From assembly GCA_000442015.1 (NCBI GenBank), contig KE560848.1, positions 157,389 to 221,388 of the forward strand: DNA of 64,000 nt. Reading direction: 5' to 3'. The translations under genes were made by a program, and so were the position numbers. The stretch comes from Rozella allomycis CSF55. Taxonomy: Eukaryota. Within the stretch, counting starts at the first letter, position 1, and each line of letters begins with the position of its first letter. The notes under the pieces were generated by a model. The model saw nothing but the letters and a program-made list of their open reading frames with translations, made no database searches and was not told the DNA's origin. Below, piece after piece: positions 11,982 through 24,216 of the stretch.

Positions 11982-13342
11982 TTAATATAACAAATTAGAG
12001 AACCCATATCTTACAGACAACCCAAACAAGCAAGCAAATATTTGAAGAAATATCATCAACTTTGCCAAATCTCTTTCACTCAAGGATCCAAACCATATCA
12101 AACATGAATTTAGAATAGTAAAATTGCTTATTATCACTCTTTCTTCATTAGCAGCTTTTTTGAGGTCAATCAAACCCAGCGCTCTTAAAATTTTTATGCA
12201 TATTAATCCAATTATATTGACTTCACTTAAATCAAATTCAGCGAATGAGTTTTCCAACTTTCCAGATGTGACATTTAGATTTGGCATCCTATGCCTCGGA
12301 CAAGGAACCATTTTAAAAAGTTGAGGAACAGAGAAGACAAAATTAAATATTTGCGGTAAAAAGAAGAGCATCATCGTTTTGCTAAAATGACCAAGAATAC
12401 CAACCACAGCAAATGTCATTCCAGCGAAATAGCAGTACGTATCTCCGACAAAAACTTTGGCTGGATACCTGTTTAAAATCGTTCTAATATTTACCAATTA
12501 TATTTCAGAAGCGTTAATGACAGTGTAGTAAATGGTATTAGCATGTAAAGAGAAAAATAGTTATTTTCACATAATTGAGGGCTAATATTAAGCATTATTT
12601 GGATTATATTGTGCAACATGATAAATATTGCTATGACCACACTTTGTCCAACTTCTAGCCCATTTATCCCAGCGAGAATATTAATGGAGTTTGTGCAAAA
12701 TATGGCTAAAAGCCCCATGTAAATGTAATAAAAAAGCCCTTTGAATGCTTCCTTATGCATTTACCTAAATCAATGTAATTTCCAAAGTATTCGCGAAANT
12801 AGCCCTTTCAATTATTCCTTATGCATTTACCTAAATCAATGTAATTTCCAAAGTATTCGCGAAAGGGAATAGGAACTGTCACATATGTTATACCCTCATT
12901 TACAAAATAGACAAGCAGTAAAGGCAATGATGCAACAGCAGGCAAGAAAACTTTGTCTCTCCATCGTAAATCTAGAACATCATCAACAAATCCTAGTAGT
13001 ATCATGCAGCATATTGATAGTAGAGCACTGAGATAAGATACCAACTTTTAAGTACTAAAATAAATATTATACTGTCGAATGATTTGCCTTTCCTAAATAG
13101 TTGATAGGAATAAATAAAGTCAATACGATCAAATATAGTCCAGCAACATAAACACCTAAGCTTTCAGGTCTGTAACAATCACTTTAATAAGATTACAACA
13201 TAGGTTTATCCTTTTTTAACAAGTCTCTTCCGGATTGTCCAGCTTTAAAAAGCATCTTGGACACTTTTAGTAAGGATTTACTGCAAATTATTGAGCAAAT
13301 AATAGCGAGTATGATATTTGTAAAAAATATCCAATCTATCAT
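11982..13342 (-). CDS. ALG7: UDP-GlcNAc:dolichyl-phosphate GlcNAc-1-P transferase
   Basis: [56 protein letters not shown]; internal duplication at an N (12735-12864). Confidence 0.95.
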
Positions 13343-13370
13343 GAAACAATAATACGCCACACTTTAGTAA

Positions 13371-14294
13371 ATGACTTGGGAAGCCAGAGATTCACCTAAT
13401 GTATTAGTTCTATTTGATGTCGACGGTACATTAACACCTGCAAGGAAAGTACCATCTGAATTTCTCGCTAACTCTAGACGATATCACCTGAAATGAAGGA
13501 ATTGCTACAGGAGCTTCGTAAGAAAGTAGTTATAGGTTTTGTGGGTGGATCTGATATTGACAAACAAAAGGAACAACTTGGAGATGATGGTATTGATAAA
13601 TTTTATCTATTTCTTCAGTTATTGAATCATTTGACTATGCATTTAGTGAGAATGGGTTAACAGCTTACAAAAGTGGACAAAAACTTGAATCACAAGTAAG
13701 GTTTTAGCTAGTACTGATAAAGAGTTTCATTTCATATCTTGGAGAAGAAAGATACAAAAGGCTAGCCAATTTCATATTGAGATACATTGCTGATTTAGAC
13801 ATCCCAAAAAAGCGGTAACTTTTACATTTATTTAACACAAAAGTGGCACCTTTATTGAATTCAGAAACGGGATGATTAATGTTTCTCCTATAGGACGCAA
13901 TTGTTCGTAACTTTCAATGAATAAAATAAAGTAGATATGAAGAAAGACTTGAATTTGAAAAATATGATCAGGTAAGTTTAATTTTAAATAATATTAGGAA
14001 CACTTGATAAGAAAGACAATGGTTGAATGTTTGAAAAATGAATTTTCAGATTATGATTTGACTTTTTCAATTGGCGGGCAAATTTCTTTTGATGTATTTC
14101 CAACTGGTTGGGATAAAACCTTTTGTCTGCGTCATATTAAAAATGAATGCTTTGATGAAATTCATTTCTTTGGAGACAAGACTCACAAAGGAGGAAATGA
14201 TTATGAAATTTATTCACATCCCAGCGTCAAAGGACATTCAGTCAAATCTCCTGACGAAACAATGCAAATCTTAAAATCTTTATTCTTTAAATAA
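13371..14294 (+). CDS. SEC53: Phosphomannomutase
   Basis: [68 protein letters not shown]; 6 introns of 26-29 nt. Confidence 0.95.
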
Positions 14295-14308
14295 AATAAA
14301 CCTTAAAT

Positions 14309-15124
14309 TTATTCTTTGAAAATAATACAAAAATTGTTGGCATTTGTGGAGCGTTTCATTTCGACTTTCTTACAGACGGAAACTTTGGGAGTTTCTGTAA
14401 TCATATCTGGATCATGATGGAACAATCCGCACCAAATCCCGGTTTTTGGTGGATTGGATGAGCCCTCTTTTAACAATCTCTGGTATCGACTGTATTCGTC
14501 AATTAATTTACATTTAAGAGTATTTTTCATGATTTCATTTATAAAGTGATCATAAGTCAAATATCGAGAATTCCACAAAGTGGCGGTGGGCAAAACAATT
14601 AAAATCAACGATTGACCTTGTAACAAGGAAGTTGCTTTTTTTAGCATTTTCCCTCTTAGTATTGGGCACCCTATAAAATTTATCACCAGAGAAAGACAGA
14701 TGATATCAAACGTTTCTGTAGATTCTAAAAGCAGAAAATCTTCTTGTTGAATTCCTGAATCTCTTGGATTTAAGTCAATGTATTTGACAGAAGCGATATT
14801 TTTTTGTGTGATATTTTCGTAAGTTTTTGAAGAGAGTGAGCCCACGTCTAAAATATTGAGATTTAAAGCAGCATAATCTTTCATTATAATATTGCTCAAC
14901 CATTCTGCTGGAAATTTAAAACTTTTGATTTTCGTTGAAGCAGTTTGATAAGCGGGTAAAATGCTGGTGTTGGTTTTAGTGTTGTCTGACTTTGAGTTTG
15001 AGTATTCTTCCTTGTTTAGTGCATGTAGCAAACTGATTTTTGCTCTTTTTGATTTTTTGTTATTCAGTATCGTTTCTGATCTCAGATTCTTTGTTAGCAC
15101 TTTCTTTAACTTTTTCTTCTTCAT
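14309..15124 (-). CDS. BMT2: 25S rRNA adenine-N1 methyltransferase Bmt2-like
   Basis: LDVGSLS, IDLNP, IQQEDFL, FDIICLSLVINF...RGKML; likely start MKKKK at 15124. Confidence 0.8.
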   Translation of the reverse strand: MKKKKLKKVLTKNLRSETILNNKKSKRAKISLLHALNKEEYSNSKSDNTKTNTSILPAYQTASTKIKSFKFPAEWLSNIIMKDYAALNLNILDVGSLSSKTYENITQKNIASVKYIDLNPRDSGIQQEDFLLLESTETFDIICLSLVINFIGCPILRGKMLKKATSLLQGQSLILIVLPTATLWNSRYLTYDHFINEIMKNTLKCKLIDEYSRYQRLLKEGSSNPPKTGIWCGLFHHDPDMITETPKVSVCKKVEMKRSTNANNFCIIFKE

Positions 15125-15347
15125 AGTTAAGTGTGGCTGGACGGCACAAAAATTTGAATACCTATTCAACTTGAAGATAATTAATCTTTCAACTTTCATT
15201 TCAAAAAAATTCTTTATTGTCTATGATTTTTTACCAAGAAAAAAGGTGCAAAAACTAATTTGAAGCATGCAAATGAAAAACCAAGCAGTACAAAAATTGA
15301 CAACCAGGGCAAATTCATCTCTCTTTTTTAAAAAGAGGATAATGTGA

Positions 15348-15929
15348 TCAATTGATTCTGAAAAACTTAATTTCGATCCAAGTTTGACTGAATATTCACC
15401 TAGATCTATAAAAAAATCATTAATTCACCTAGATCTTTAAAAATCAAATAAAATGTTATAATCATTATCATCTTTTTAAAACTATAAAGTTGATTACTTT
15501 GATGATGTTTTGGGATAGATATAAACTTTTCCAAAATTGAGAAGGGGAATTGAAAGTGTTTAATGAGTGAGTTTTCCAATGAATAAAGCATCGATAAAAT
15601 AGGATGCACAAGAGCAGAGCCTGGATAATTGTTGCGACTGTTAGATGATCTGAAAGTGCATCTATGAGGGCTAATTTAAGAGAATTGAAGTAAATTTGCA
15701 CGATATTTGAAGATTGAAATTCCCTAGTATAGAATGTGATAATGATACAACAGAGTAAATCTAGGAAACAAGAACAAGTGGTAAAAAATAAAAACATTAG
15801 AAACGGAATGAGCCACACCTTTAATTAACGAATTGAAACGTTAAAGAAACCAATTGTAAAGATAAATATTTTCTATAATGAGATCAATTTAAATTTAAAA
15901 ATAAATATGATTCTACATTGCTTACCCAT
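15348..15929 (-). CDS. Small multipass membrane protein, TMEM138-like (5' exons uncertain)
   Basis: Hydrophobic segments plus FIHWKTHSLNTF...LYLSQNII...FYLIFKDLGEYSVKLG resemble the TMEM138 C-terminal pattern. Confidence 0.4.
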
Positions 15930-16037
15930 GCTCAATTCTATAAAAGAAATGAAATTTATTGATGGAATTGAAGGCTCAAATAATAGGAAAAACAAACACA
16001 ATAAAAGAGAACAGAAAACATTTTTAGAAAACAAACT

Positions 16038-18947
16038 TTAATCATCATTATTTCCTGCGAGTCTCCTTTTGCAGACACTGGAGATTGTAGACAAGACGCT
16101 CTTTAATCTAGAAGGGCCACTTGAAGGCTTTAAAGCACTTTTGAAAGAAGAGAAAAAGAGTTACTCTAAATAACGATCCATGAAATTTTGTTTTTCGGTT
16201 GATGAGAATGAATCAGCGGGCAGATTGTTTATAAAAGAAAAGAATAATTGATTGACTGAATTGGAATCCATTTCAACCAATGAGCGTAAAAGTGAAGCGA
16301 ATGAAGAAATTACGTCATTTGGGAAATTTGAAATCAAACCTTTAAAGCAGCAAGATAAAATTGTTGGAACTTTTTGGGCAACGATTGAACGCAGCGATTG
16401 TGAAGCCTTTTCATTCTTTGCTGATCTAAGAATTGTTTTATAGAGAGAGAAGATTGCTTTTAAGCTTGTGTCATCGCGTGTGCCCAGGCCACCTAAACTG
16501 AAAGAAATCCAAATATCAATTAATTCAGCGTTATTTAACAGTGAAGGGAAGGCGTCGAGTGAAGATTCAATGAGATCCAAATATTCCTGAAAAACTAGAA
16601 TTAATTATGAAATTTCAGAAATTACTATCAGGAAAATCGATGAAAGAATTTTGATTATTTTGAAACAAATCGTGAGTTATTTTGCCTTGTAATGAATGAT
16701 TAAATAAATTACTTAGAGAAAATATCATTTCTTCCAATTCTTTTACTTTATTTCCTTGCTGATCGTTGATGTTTCTGACAAGAACAGAGCCAATCCATAG
16801 ATATGAACAATGAGGATACTTTGAATAGCCATTGAGAATGAATTGAATCGTTGGAGATAAAAGCGGCAAAAAATATTCTGAAAATTGCGAAATTGAATGC
16901 CTGAGAAATCTGCAAAGCATGTCCACAACGTCATGATTTTTAAGATAAACGTTTTGAATAGACAAAAAGACATTCCAGAAAGAGAAAATAAAATCAAATA
17001 AAACTTTTGAACAATTTGACTCTCTTTTAACATATTTGACAAAGCAAGTTAAGCGATCAAGAGACGCTGCGATTGCATTAACAGAATTTTCATTGTTGGG
17101 ATTTGTTAAAGAGTTTTCAATGGATTTAGAAATTGTTTTAAAAATTTCTGGCCAATAAATGTTTATTTCTTCACTGAATTCATTCATTAAATACGCCAAC
17201 GCCTCTGTGACTTCATGGATGTCAGAAGTGTAAGAGTCATAAAATCTCACAAAAACATTTAAAAATTGTGGAATAAATGGTTTTATATGCATCGCACACG
17301 AATGCGCAATGTATTTCATGGCTAAACATGAAGCTGAAAACGTTTCTTCAGAGTCTAAGCCACCAAATATAGTTTCGAGTTGAAAAGGCAAAAACTGTGG
17401 ATGATGGGCAGTCCAATCAGAAAATCTACTAAACACAAGAATAGACGCATATTTTAATTTGGGGTGGGGCGGGAGTCGTGGCAGAAATTCCATAATCGCT
17501 GGCATCATCTCTGACTCATCACTGTGCACCTTTTGGCCCATCGCACGGAATGCAAAAATACAAGCCTCAATCTGTTGCCAAGCCACATTCTCTCCCAAAT
17601 TCAAACGTGCAACAAGATCAGACAAACAATGGAAAACAATTTTTAATGCCATGGATTCTCCAAGCACAAGACAACAATCTTTCAATGTGTCCCCAATTTC
17701 ATGTCTAAACGATCTAAAACTGTCCCTCTCTGCGGCTGTCATTTGACTTGAATCGTTTGGGTATTCTAAATTCTTTATTGTAACCCCAACAAGCCGCGAA
17801 TAACATGGAATAAACTGCTCCACTTTATCATTAGTGTTTCTGACCAACTGCTGCGACAATTGATACCAAAAATTAAAACTCAATTCTATAACCTCAAAAT
17901 TCTTAAACGAACACGCCGCTAAAATTCCATTCGTTATGCACGAAAAGTAATTCGCATCAGCCACAATCAGATCCAAATAAGCTTCTCCCGCCTCAACAAA
18001 CAATCTACACAAGATTTTCAACTCGTCTTCTTCTTCATTAGAAATAAATTGCTCAAATAATGGATAAAGCGACTCTAAACAATCATGAATCTTTTCTATA
18101 ATCCTCTTGTACTTTGTAGCGTCTTGCGTCACTATGAAAATTTCTTCAAGTAAATTGGCGCCAAGCTCAAAACACTCTTTGCTCTTCACAGCATCAAACG
18201 CCACTTGCAACAACACTTCATTGCTCTCCAACAATGTTTCATCAATCTTTGAATATCTAATCCAATTCTGAAGGCAATTCAAAATCGAATTTCTAACTTC
18301 AACATTCGCACCTTTCTTTCATTCATCTTAATCTTACTCGAATACATCCCTAACAATAAATTAATAACATGGGTCGATTTTTTATTAATCAACACATCAG
18401 TGCGTCCATCTAAAACACTTCCATCCACTGACGTTCGGCTTCGTGCATCAATACACTCCTCGGGTAACACAGACAAGTATTGCAAAAATATTTGCATCGT
18501 CTCTTCTTTACACAATATATTCTCCATATCAACCAATGGATCTTGCCAGTCCACCATCTGAATCGACAAGGATGATAATGCAAGCGACAACTGCGTTATC
18601 AGTGGCTTGTTATTGTCCTTGTAAAGAAAAATTAATTTTAAAATAGATTCTCTCAACGATTCAAGTGATTCCTTGGGTAATTGAAGCAAATCAAAAGTAA
18701 TCTATATCAACAAACACCCTCTCTTGCCTTTTTTCTTAATGTCTGGGCCGCAAATAATAAAGGCTCTGGGCCATATGAATTATTACTCAATATCATATCA
18801 ACAATCGTCCACGCGTTTTTCTACTAAAATAATACACACAATACTTACAGTGGTCTGGAAAGACTCTAGCCATTTGTTTGCCTTTCTTTTTTCAGAATTA
18901 TCACTAGAAAAATAGAGCACCTGTAATGCTTCCAGCACTTTTTCCAT
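16038..18947 (-). CDS. MTR10: Transportin-SR/Mtr10 importin-beta
   Basis: ANKWLESFQ, FAAQTLRKK|ITFDL, SFNFWYQL, FRSFRHEIGDTLKDCC, WQQIEACIFAFRAM. Confidence 0.9.
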
Positions 18948-19246
18948 TTTCAAGGGTTACAACAGGTGAAATTTCCAAAGTTATCATTCAAGTATTTTAT
19001 TTTCATTTATAGGGGAAATAACTAATAGGAATTAATAATATAATATTGAAAATAAAGGCTGAAGACTATGTTTTATTGCTAGCAAAGAATTTATTAGAAT
19101 TACACGGCTCGGAGTGGGGATTTGGGCAAAATTGGTTTCATTTCATTTTCACCTTTTAATCATTAAAGATTCATTGATTAAATCAATTCGATCATTTACT
19201 TGCAAAATTTCACAGAATAAACTTCTAAAATCAGAAATACGGCATA

Positions 19247-19948
19247 ATGCTCAACCGATATTGCAATATTCGAAAAACATCACTTTATTTATCAAGACTA
19301 TTGTCGGTTTCAATTGAAACAACCCCAAACTTAAACTCTCTAAAGTTTATGGTTGGAAAACCCGTTTCATCGACTTCACAGGAATATAACAATCACAATG
19401 AAGCACGAAACTCACCTCTAGCAAAATCAATATTTGATATAAAAGGAACTGCATCGGTATTCATTGGACCAACCTTTGTAACGTACGTGTCTTGATTCTG
19501 ATTTACTAGTGTAACCAAAACAGATCTTGTTCAATGGGATGAAATTAAACAAAAAGTTTCAGACACAATTGAAACTTATTTTAATCAGAATCAGAAAATT
19601 GAAACGCCAGTGGATAAAACCCCCTATAGTGATGATCATCATGATGACGACCCGGAAGTCATATTAATGATAAAAGAATTACTGGATTCCAGAATCAGAC
19701 CTGTTATTCAAGATGATGGAGGCGATGTTCAATTTCATGGTTACAAAAATGGAGTTGTCAAATTGAAACTTCAGGGTGCTTGTAGAACATGTTCCAGTAG
19801 CACGATTACATTAAAAAGTGGTATTGAAAATATGCTTAAACATTACATCCCTGAAATCGATTCGGTTGAACAAGTTATGGACGAAACTGATATGATTTCA
19901 GAGAGCGAATTTAAAAAGCTTGAATCAAACCTTGAAAATAATAAATAA
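19247..19948 (+). CDS. NFU1: Mitochondrial Fe-S carrier Nfu1
   Basis: TTPNLNSLKF; IRPVIQDDGGDV...LQGACRTCSSSTITLKSGIENMLKHYIPE. Confidence 0.95.
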
Positions 19949-20053
19949 ACACGGGTTTAAAAGAGAATCTTCTTAAACCCTAATTGATGAATTTTCACCC
20001 TGGAAACTGAAAATTTCCCTAACTTCACTTAATTAGTGGCTAGGCCATCAATA

Positions 20054-20599
20054 ATGTACTCTTTCCTATTTCTCCTTTTCATCGCCGTGTATTCAGTCTC
20101 TGCCGAGTCTACCATTAATTGGAATGCTGCTATTGAATATGCCCAAAGAAATCCTCTCGAAATAAGAGGCATTGAGAACTGCGGGAGAGACAATGACGTT
20201 TTCGAGTTACAAGATGTCATCATTAACCCAGATCCACCTAAAGTTGGCTCTTCATTAAACATCACCGTCGTTGGGAACTTGAAAAGCGTGATTGATCAAG
20301 GAAGCTATGTCAAGGTACGTGTTAGATACGGCCTTATTACCGTAACGATTCAAGTTTTATTCTATTAGGTTGTAAATACCAAGATTGATTTGTGTAAAGA
20401 AATAAGCGATTATCCCGAACTTCCTCAATGCCCCGTTCAGCCAGGCAGAATTGCAATATCTGAAGTGACAGACATGCCAGATGTAAATTGCTATTTTTCA
20501 TATAATTAGGCTCCAAAAGGCTTCTACCGTGCTGATATCAGTGGATTTACTGCCTCAAACGCGCAAATATTTTGTGTGGTTTACAAATTTAAGCTTTAA
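20054..20599 (+). CDS. NPC2: ML-domain (NPC2-like) lipid-transfer protein with signal peptide
   Basis: Signal peptide; NCG...INPDPPKVG...V.YGLIT...DLC...CPV.PG...IFC; two 27-nt introns. Confidence 0.8.
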
Positions 20600-20621
20600 A
20601 TAAATCCTTTTGAGCAATAAT

Positions 20622-21444
20622 TTATTTGAGTGGTTTTAGACCAAGCTTAGCTCTCAATGCGTTGGTCTCTTCAATTGAAAGACTTTCTTTATCTTTCGTC
20701 TGAACAGAGTCGTCAGAAACAGGTAAATTCAGCTTCAATCTTTTCTTTGTCGAGTTTCCTTCATCGGAAAAATCTGATTCATTTGAATTTCTTTCATTAT
20801 CAAGTTCATCTTGAAGTAAACTGGTGCGAAAATTTAACTGACCTGTTTCCGCCAATACATGGCGTTTAACTATTCTCGGTAAAATAGTATCAAATGTTCT
20901 TTCTTGGGTCAACAGCTCATCAACAAACTCATCCATGTGTATAATTGTGTAGGATCTATCTATTTATACGGCTTCTTGTAACATTACCTTTGTTCCTTAA
21001 TCTTAACTTTCGATAATCCGCCAGCAACGGTTCTAATTCTCTATATATTTCCAAACCACTTCCAACAAGCCTCAAATAGAATACACCCAAGGCCCTAACA
21101 TACCTAAGTAATAGATTTCATATGTTGATACTTGTAATCGCCGTTCCTCACAAATTCGAACACTATGTCCTTTGTAGGTGCGAGTTGGAGCATTTTCAAA
21201 ACTAAGCATAAAAAAGGCGTTGGAATGTTTGTTCCAAAAAGGCCGCCAATATGATCTAATTTTACAGCCTTGTCAACTAATGTCTCGACTATTATAAACT
21301 ATGATTTTTCATACTGTTTAAACCAAAACAATTTTCTTTCCAATATTGCGACTCATATATCCTTGTTCTTGTTATTTTTTCAATCAAAAATTGAGGATCT
21401 ACACCATGCACTTGAAAAGCGTCAACTGCCGTTCTATTCGCCAT
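20622..21444 (-). CDS. PRP38: Pre-mRNA splicing factor 38
   Basis: MANRTAVDAFQVHGVDPQFLIEKITRTRIYESQYWKENCFGL; DYRKLR; HMDEFVDELL. Confidence 0.92.
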
Positions 21445-21474
21445 TTCAGAAATATACAGTTAGAATTTTGGGGC

Positions 21475-22033
21475 ATGGACTTAACCAGCAGAAGACTTCT
21501 AAAAGAGTATAAAGAATACTACAGTGGTGCACTTCCAGAAGAAATTGTAAAATTGCAACCGATCTCTCCTGATAATTTAATGGAATGGTTAGCTGAGTTA
21601 AAAGGACCAAAACACTCTCCTTATTCCGGTATGGTCTAAGAGATAAAATCAATGAAGAAGGGGTTTTTAGTCTTAAAATCAATTTGAAGAATGACTATCC
21701 AATGAGCCCACCAGATATCAAATTTTTAACACCTATTTGCCATCCAAATATCAAATTTTCTGTAATATCGAAAGTTTTCGCTAATTAGAATGGTGAAATT
21801 TGTCTAGACGTATTGTCAAACACATGGTCCCCTGCGTGGTCTCTAAAATCTCTTTGTCTGGCTATTCATCTTTTAATGGCAAACCCAGAAGACAGTAGTC
21901 CACTAAACTGCGATGCCGGTAAACTCTTTTGACACTATTGAAAGGCAATCTTTTGCGAAGAGGAGATTTAATTGGCTATAATTCATTAGTGTCGATGTAT
22001 GTAAAAATGTATGCAGTAAAACTAAAAAATTAA
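21475..22033 (+). CDS. PEX4: Ubiquitin-conjugating E2, Pex4-like
   Basis: HPNIKFSNGEICLDVL, WSPAWSL, SPLNCDAGNLLRRGDLIGYNSL. Confidence 0.75.
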
Positions 22034-22053
22034 ATTTCTATTTTATTGAAAAA

Positions 22054-22362
22054 CTATTTTGCAGCTTTAGTGCTTTCTACTTTGAGGTCATACAGTTGAA
22101 CGATTTGATCGCCCGACAATTTTGTCAATGTTTCTGGATCAATCTTTTTTCCAATATTGGATTTAGCCGGATTGTTAAGCTGTTCGTCCAAAATATCCGC
22201 GTATTTTCCCCATTCTTTTACAAATTCATCTACAAACTTCTTATTAGAATTTCTATGCCTATGAACCTCTTCTTTCACATAAAGATCGCCCAGCAGCCTC
22301 ATTTCAGAAGGTAGTTGTTTATGCAAACGTAATATACGACGATAAAGACTAACCCGTTCCAT
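22054..22362 (-). CDS. SDH7: SDH assembly factor 3 (Acn9/Sdh7, LYR family)
   Basis: LYRRILRLHKQLPSEMRLLGDLYVKEEVHRHR...QIVQLYDL. Confidence 0.85.
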   Translation of the reverse strand: MERVSLYRRILRLHKQLPSEMRLLGDLYVKEEVHRHRNSNKKFVDEFVKEWGKYADILDEQLNNPAKSNIGKKIDPETLTKLSGDQIVQLYDLKVESTKAAK

Positions 22363-22440
22363 ATTTCAATATTCAAAATTCAGATATTGTAATCTCCCTC
22401 CACATTATTTTTCATTCTAGAAGAAACTACGAATTTTCTA

Positions 22441-23210
22441 ATGAAGGCTGTGATTTTTTATTGTGATGGATTAATAATAGGTAAAAAAAATTACCTCTAC
22501 TTTTTAAGATACTGAGTCTGTTTATACTAATGTATTCCAAACTGTACTCAACCGATACCAGAAAACATTTGACTGGGAGTTAAAATCAAAAATGATGGGA
22601 ATGAGGACATTGGAAGCGACAAACTTGTTGATAAAAACTTTGAATATTCCCATGTCCGCTGAAGAATGGATAAATGAAACGGAATCCATGTTGGTAACAC
22701 CATCTTTTGACTTTTTCAAGGTCGAGCAATTTAAATCGTGCAAGCTAATGCCCGGAGCAGCAAAAATCATAAGACACTTGAAGAGGAATAATATCCCAAT
22801 AGCCGTCGCAACAAGTTCGAGGTCCATTTCTTTTGATGCGAAAATCACGCTACACCAAGATCTTTTCTCATTGTTTGATGTTATCATAAAAGGCGATGAC
22901 CATAGAGTAAAAAACGGGAAACCACATCCTGATATATTTTTAACTGCGTTCAATGAGCTTGGCAAATTGTTCCCAAATATGACAAATGGTGTAAATGAAG
23001 CATTAGTCTTTGAAGACGCTGTTAATGGTGTAGATGTAATGTTGTTCTAATTTATTTAACAAGGCTGCCCTCGCTGCTGGAATGAAAGTAGTTTGGATTC
23101 CCGACGAAAGATTCGATGTAACCAAACACAACGAAAATGAAGCCGTCACGATATTGAAATCACTAGAAGAATTTAATCCTGAATATTTTAGTTTGCCTCC
23201 TTTTCAATAA
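22441..23210 (+). CDS. HAD-family pseudouridine-5'-phosphatase-like protein (motif I Asp reads Tyr)
   Basis: VIFYCDGLII|DTE, IAVATSS, GKPHPDIFL, LVFEDAVNGV, AAGMKVVWIPD. Confidence 0.85.
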
Positions 23211-23244
23211 ACTTAATTACATTGTAAATATTCAGCCACATTCA

Positions 23245-24192
23245 ATGACCATTTCCACAATAGTGAGGAGAAATAAGTTTATAGAATTTATCAAGAAACT
23301 TCAAAGAGATATCGTTTCAAATGTCAATAGTGTAGACAGTGCCCACTTTACTGAGGATGAATGGACTAGGTCAGGAGGCGGCCAAGGCATTTCATGTGTG
23401 CTTCAGGACGGCAATGTCTTTGAAAAAGCTGGAGTAAATATCTCTATTGTAGAAAGCACATTAAGCAATGCGGCTATACAGCAAATGAGAAGCCGGGGAA
23501 GATTGTTGAATAGTGGGACAACAAATTTGCCTTTCTTTGCTTGTGGAATAAGTTTAGTGATTCACCCCAAAAGTCCAAAAATTCCTACAGTTCATATGAA
23601 TTATCGTTATTTTGAAGTGACGGATGCAACCGGGCGAAGTATATTTTGGTTTGGTGGAGGGTCAGATTTGACCCCCATGTATTTAGATAAAGATGATGCG
23701 ATCCATTTTCATGAAATACTGAAAAAGGCTTGTGATATTCATAACGAGACATACTATCCTAAATTTAAGAAATGGTGCGATGAATATTTTTACATTCCCC
23801 ACAGAAAAGAGCATAGAGGTATCGGTGGAATTTTCTTTGATGATTTGGATGAATCTATGGTTTCATGGGATTCTGGCTTTGAATTTGTCAAGTCTTGTGG
23901 GGAAGCATTTATTCCATCATACTTTCCCATTGTGGAAAAACATTTGAATGAACCATTTAATGAAAAGAATAAACTTTGGCAGCAAATAAGAAGGGGAAGA
24001 TACGTGGAGTTTAATTTGGTTTATGATCGAGGCACAAAGTTTGGATTGGCTACCCCTGAAGGGCGCATTGAAAGTATATTGATGTCTCTTCCACTTACAT
24101 CTCGTTGGGAATATTGCCATCAGCCAGAAAAAGACAGCGAAGAAGAAAAACTTTTATTAGTCCTGCAGCAGCCTGTCGAATGGATAGAATAG
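23245..24192 (+). CDS. HEM13: Oxygen-dependent coproporphyrinogen III oxidase
   Basis: FEKAGVNIS, HMNYRYF, WFGGGSDLTP, RGRYVEFNLVYDRGTKFGL; intronless. Confidence 0.97.
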   Translation: MTISTIVRRNKFIEFIKKLQRDIVSNVNSVDSAHFTEDEWTRSGGGQGISCVLQDGNVFEKAGVNISIVESTLSNAAIQQMRSRGRLLNSGTTNLPFFACGISLVIHPKSPKIPTVHMNYRYFEVTDATGRSIFWFGGGSDLTPMYLDKDDAIHFHEILKKACDIHNETYYPKFKKWCDEYFYIPHRKEHRGIGGIFFDDLDESMVSWDSGFEFVKSCGEAFIPSYFPIVEKHLNEPFNEKNKLWQQIRRGRYVEFNLVYDRGTKFGLATPEGRIESILMSLPLTSRWEYCHQPEKDSEEEKLLLVLQQPVEWIE

Positions 24193-24216
24193 ATTAATAA
24201 AAAATACTTAAACATT

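Noticed and set aside
12735-12864. About 65-bp duplication inside ALG7 with two versions of the same 26-nt intron
   Set aside because: The copies are joined at an N (12799) and differ only in the intron; most likely two haplotypes or contig ends concatenated by the assembler
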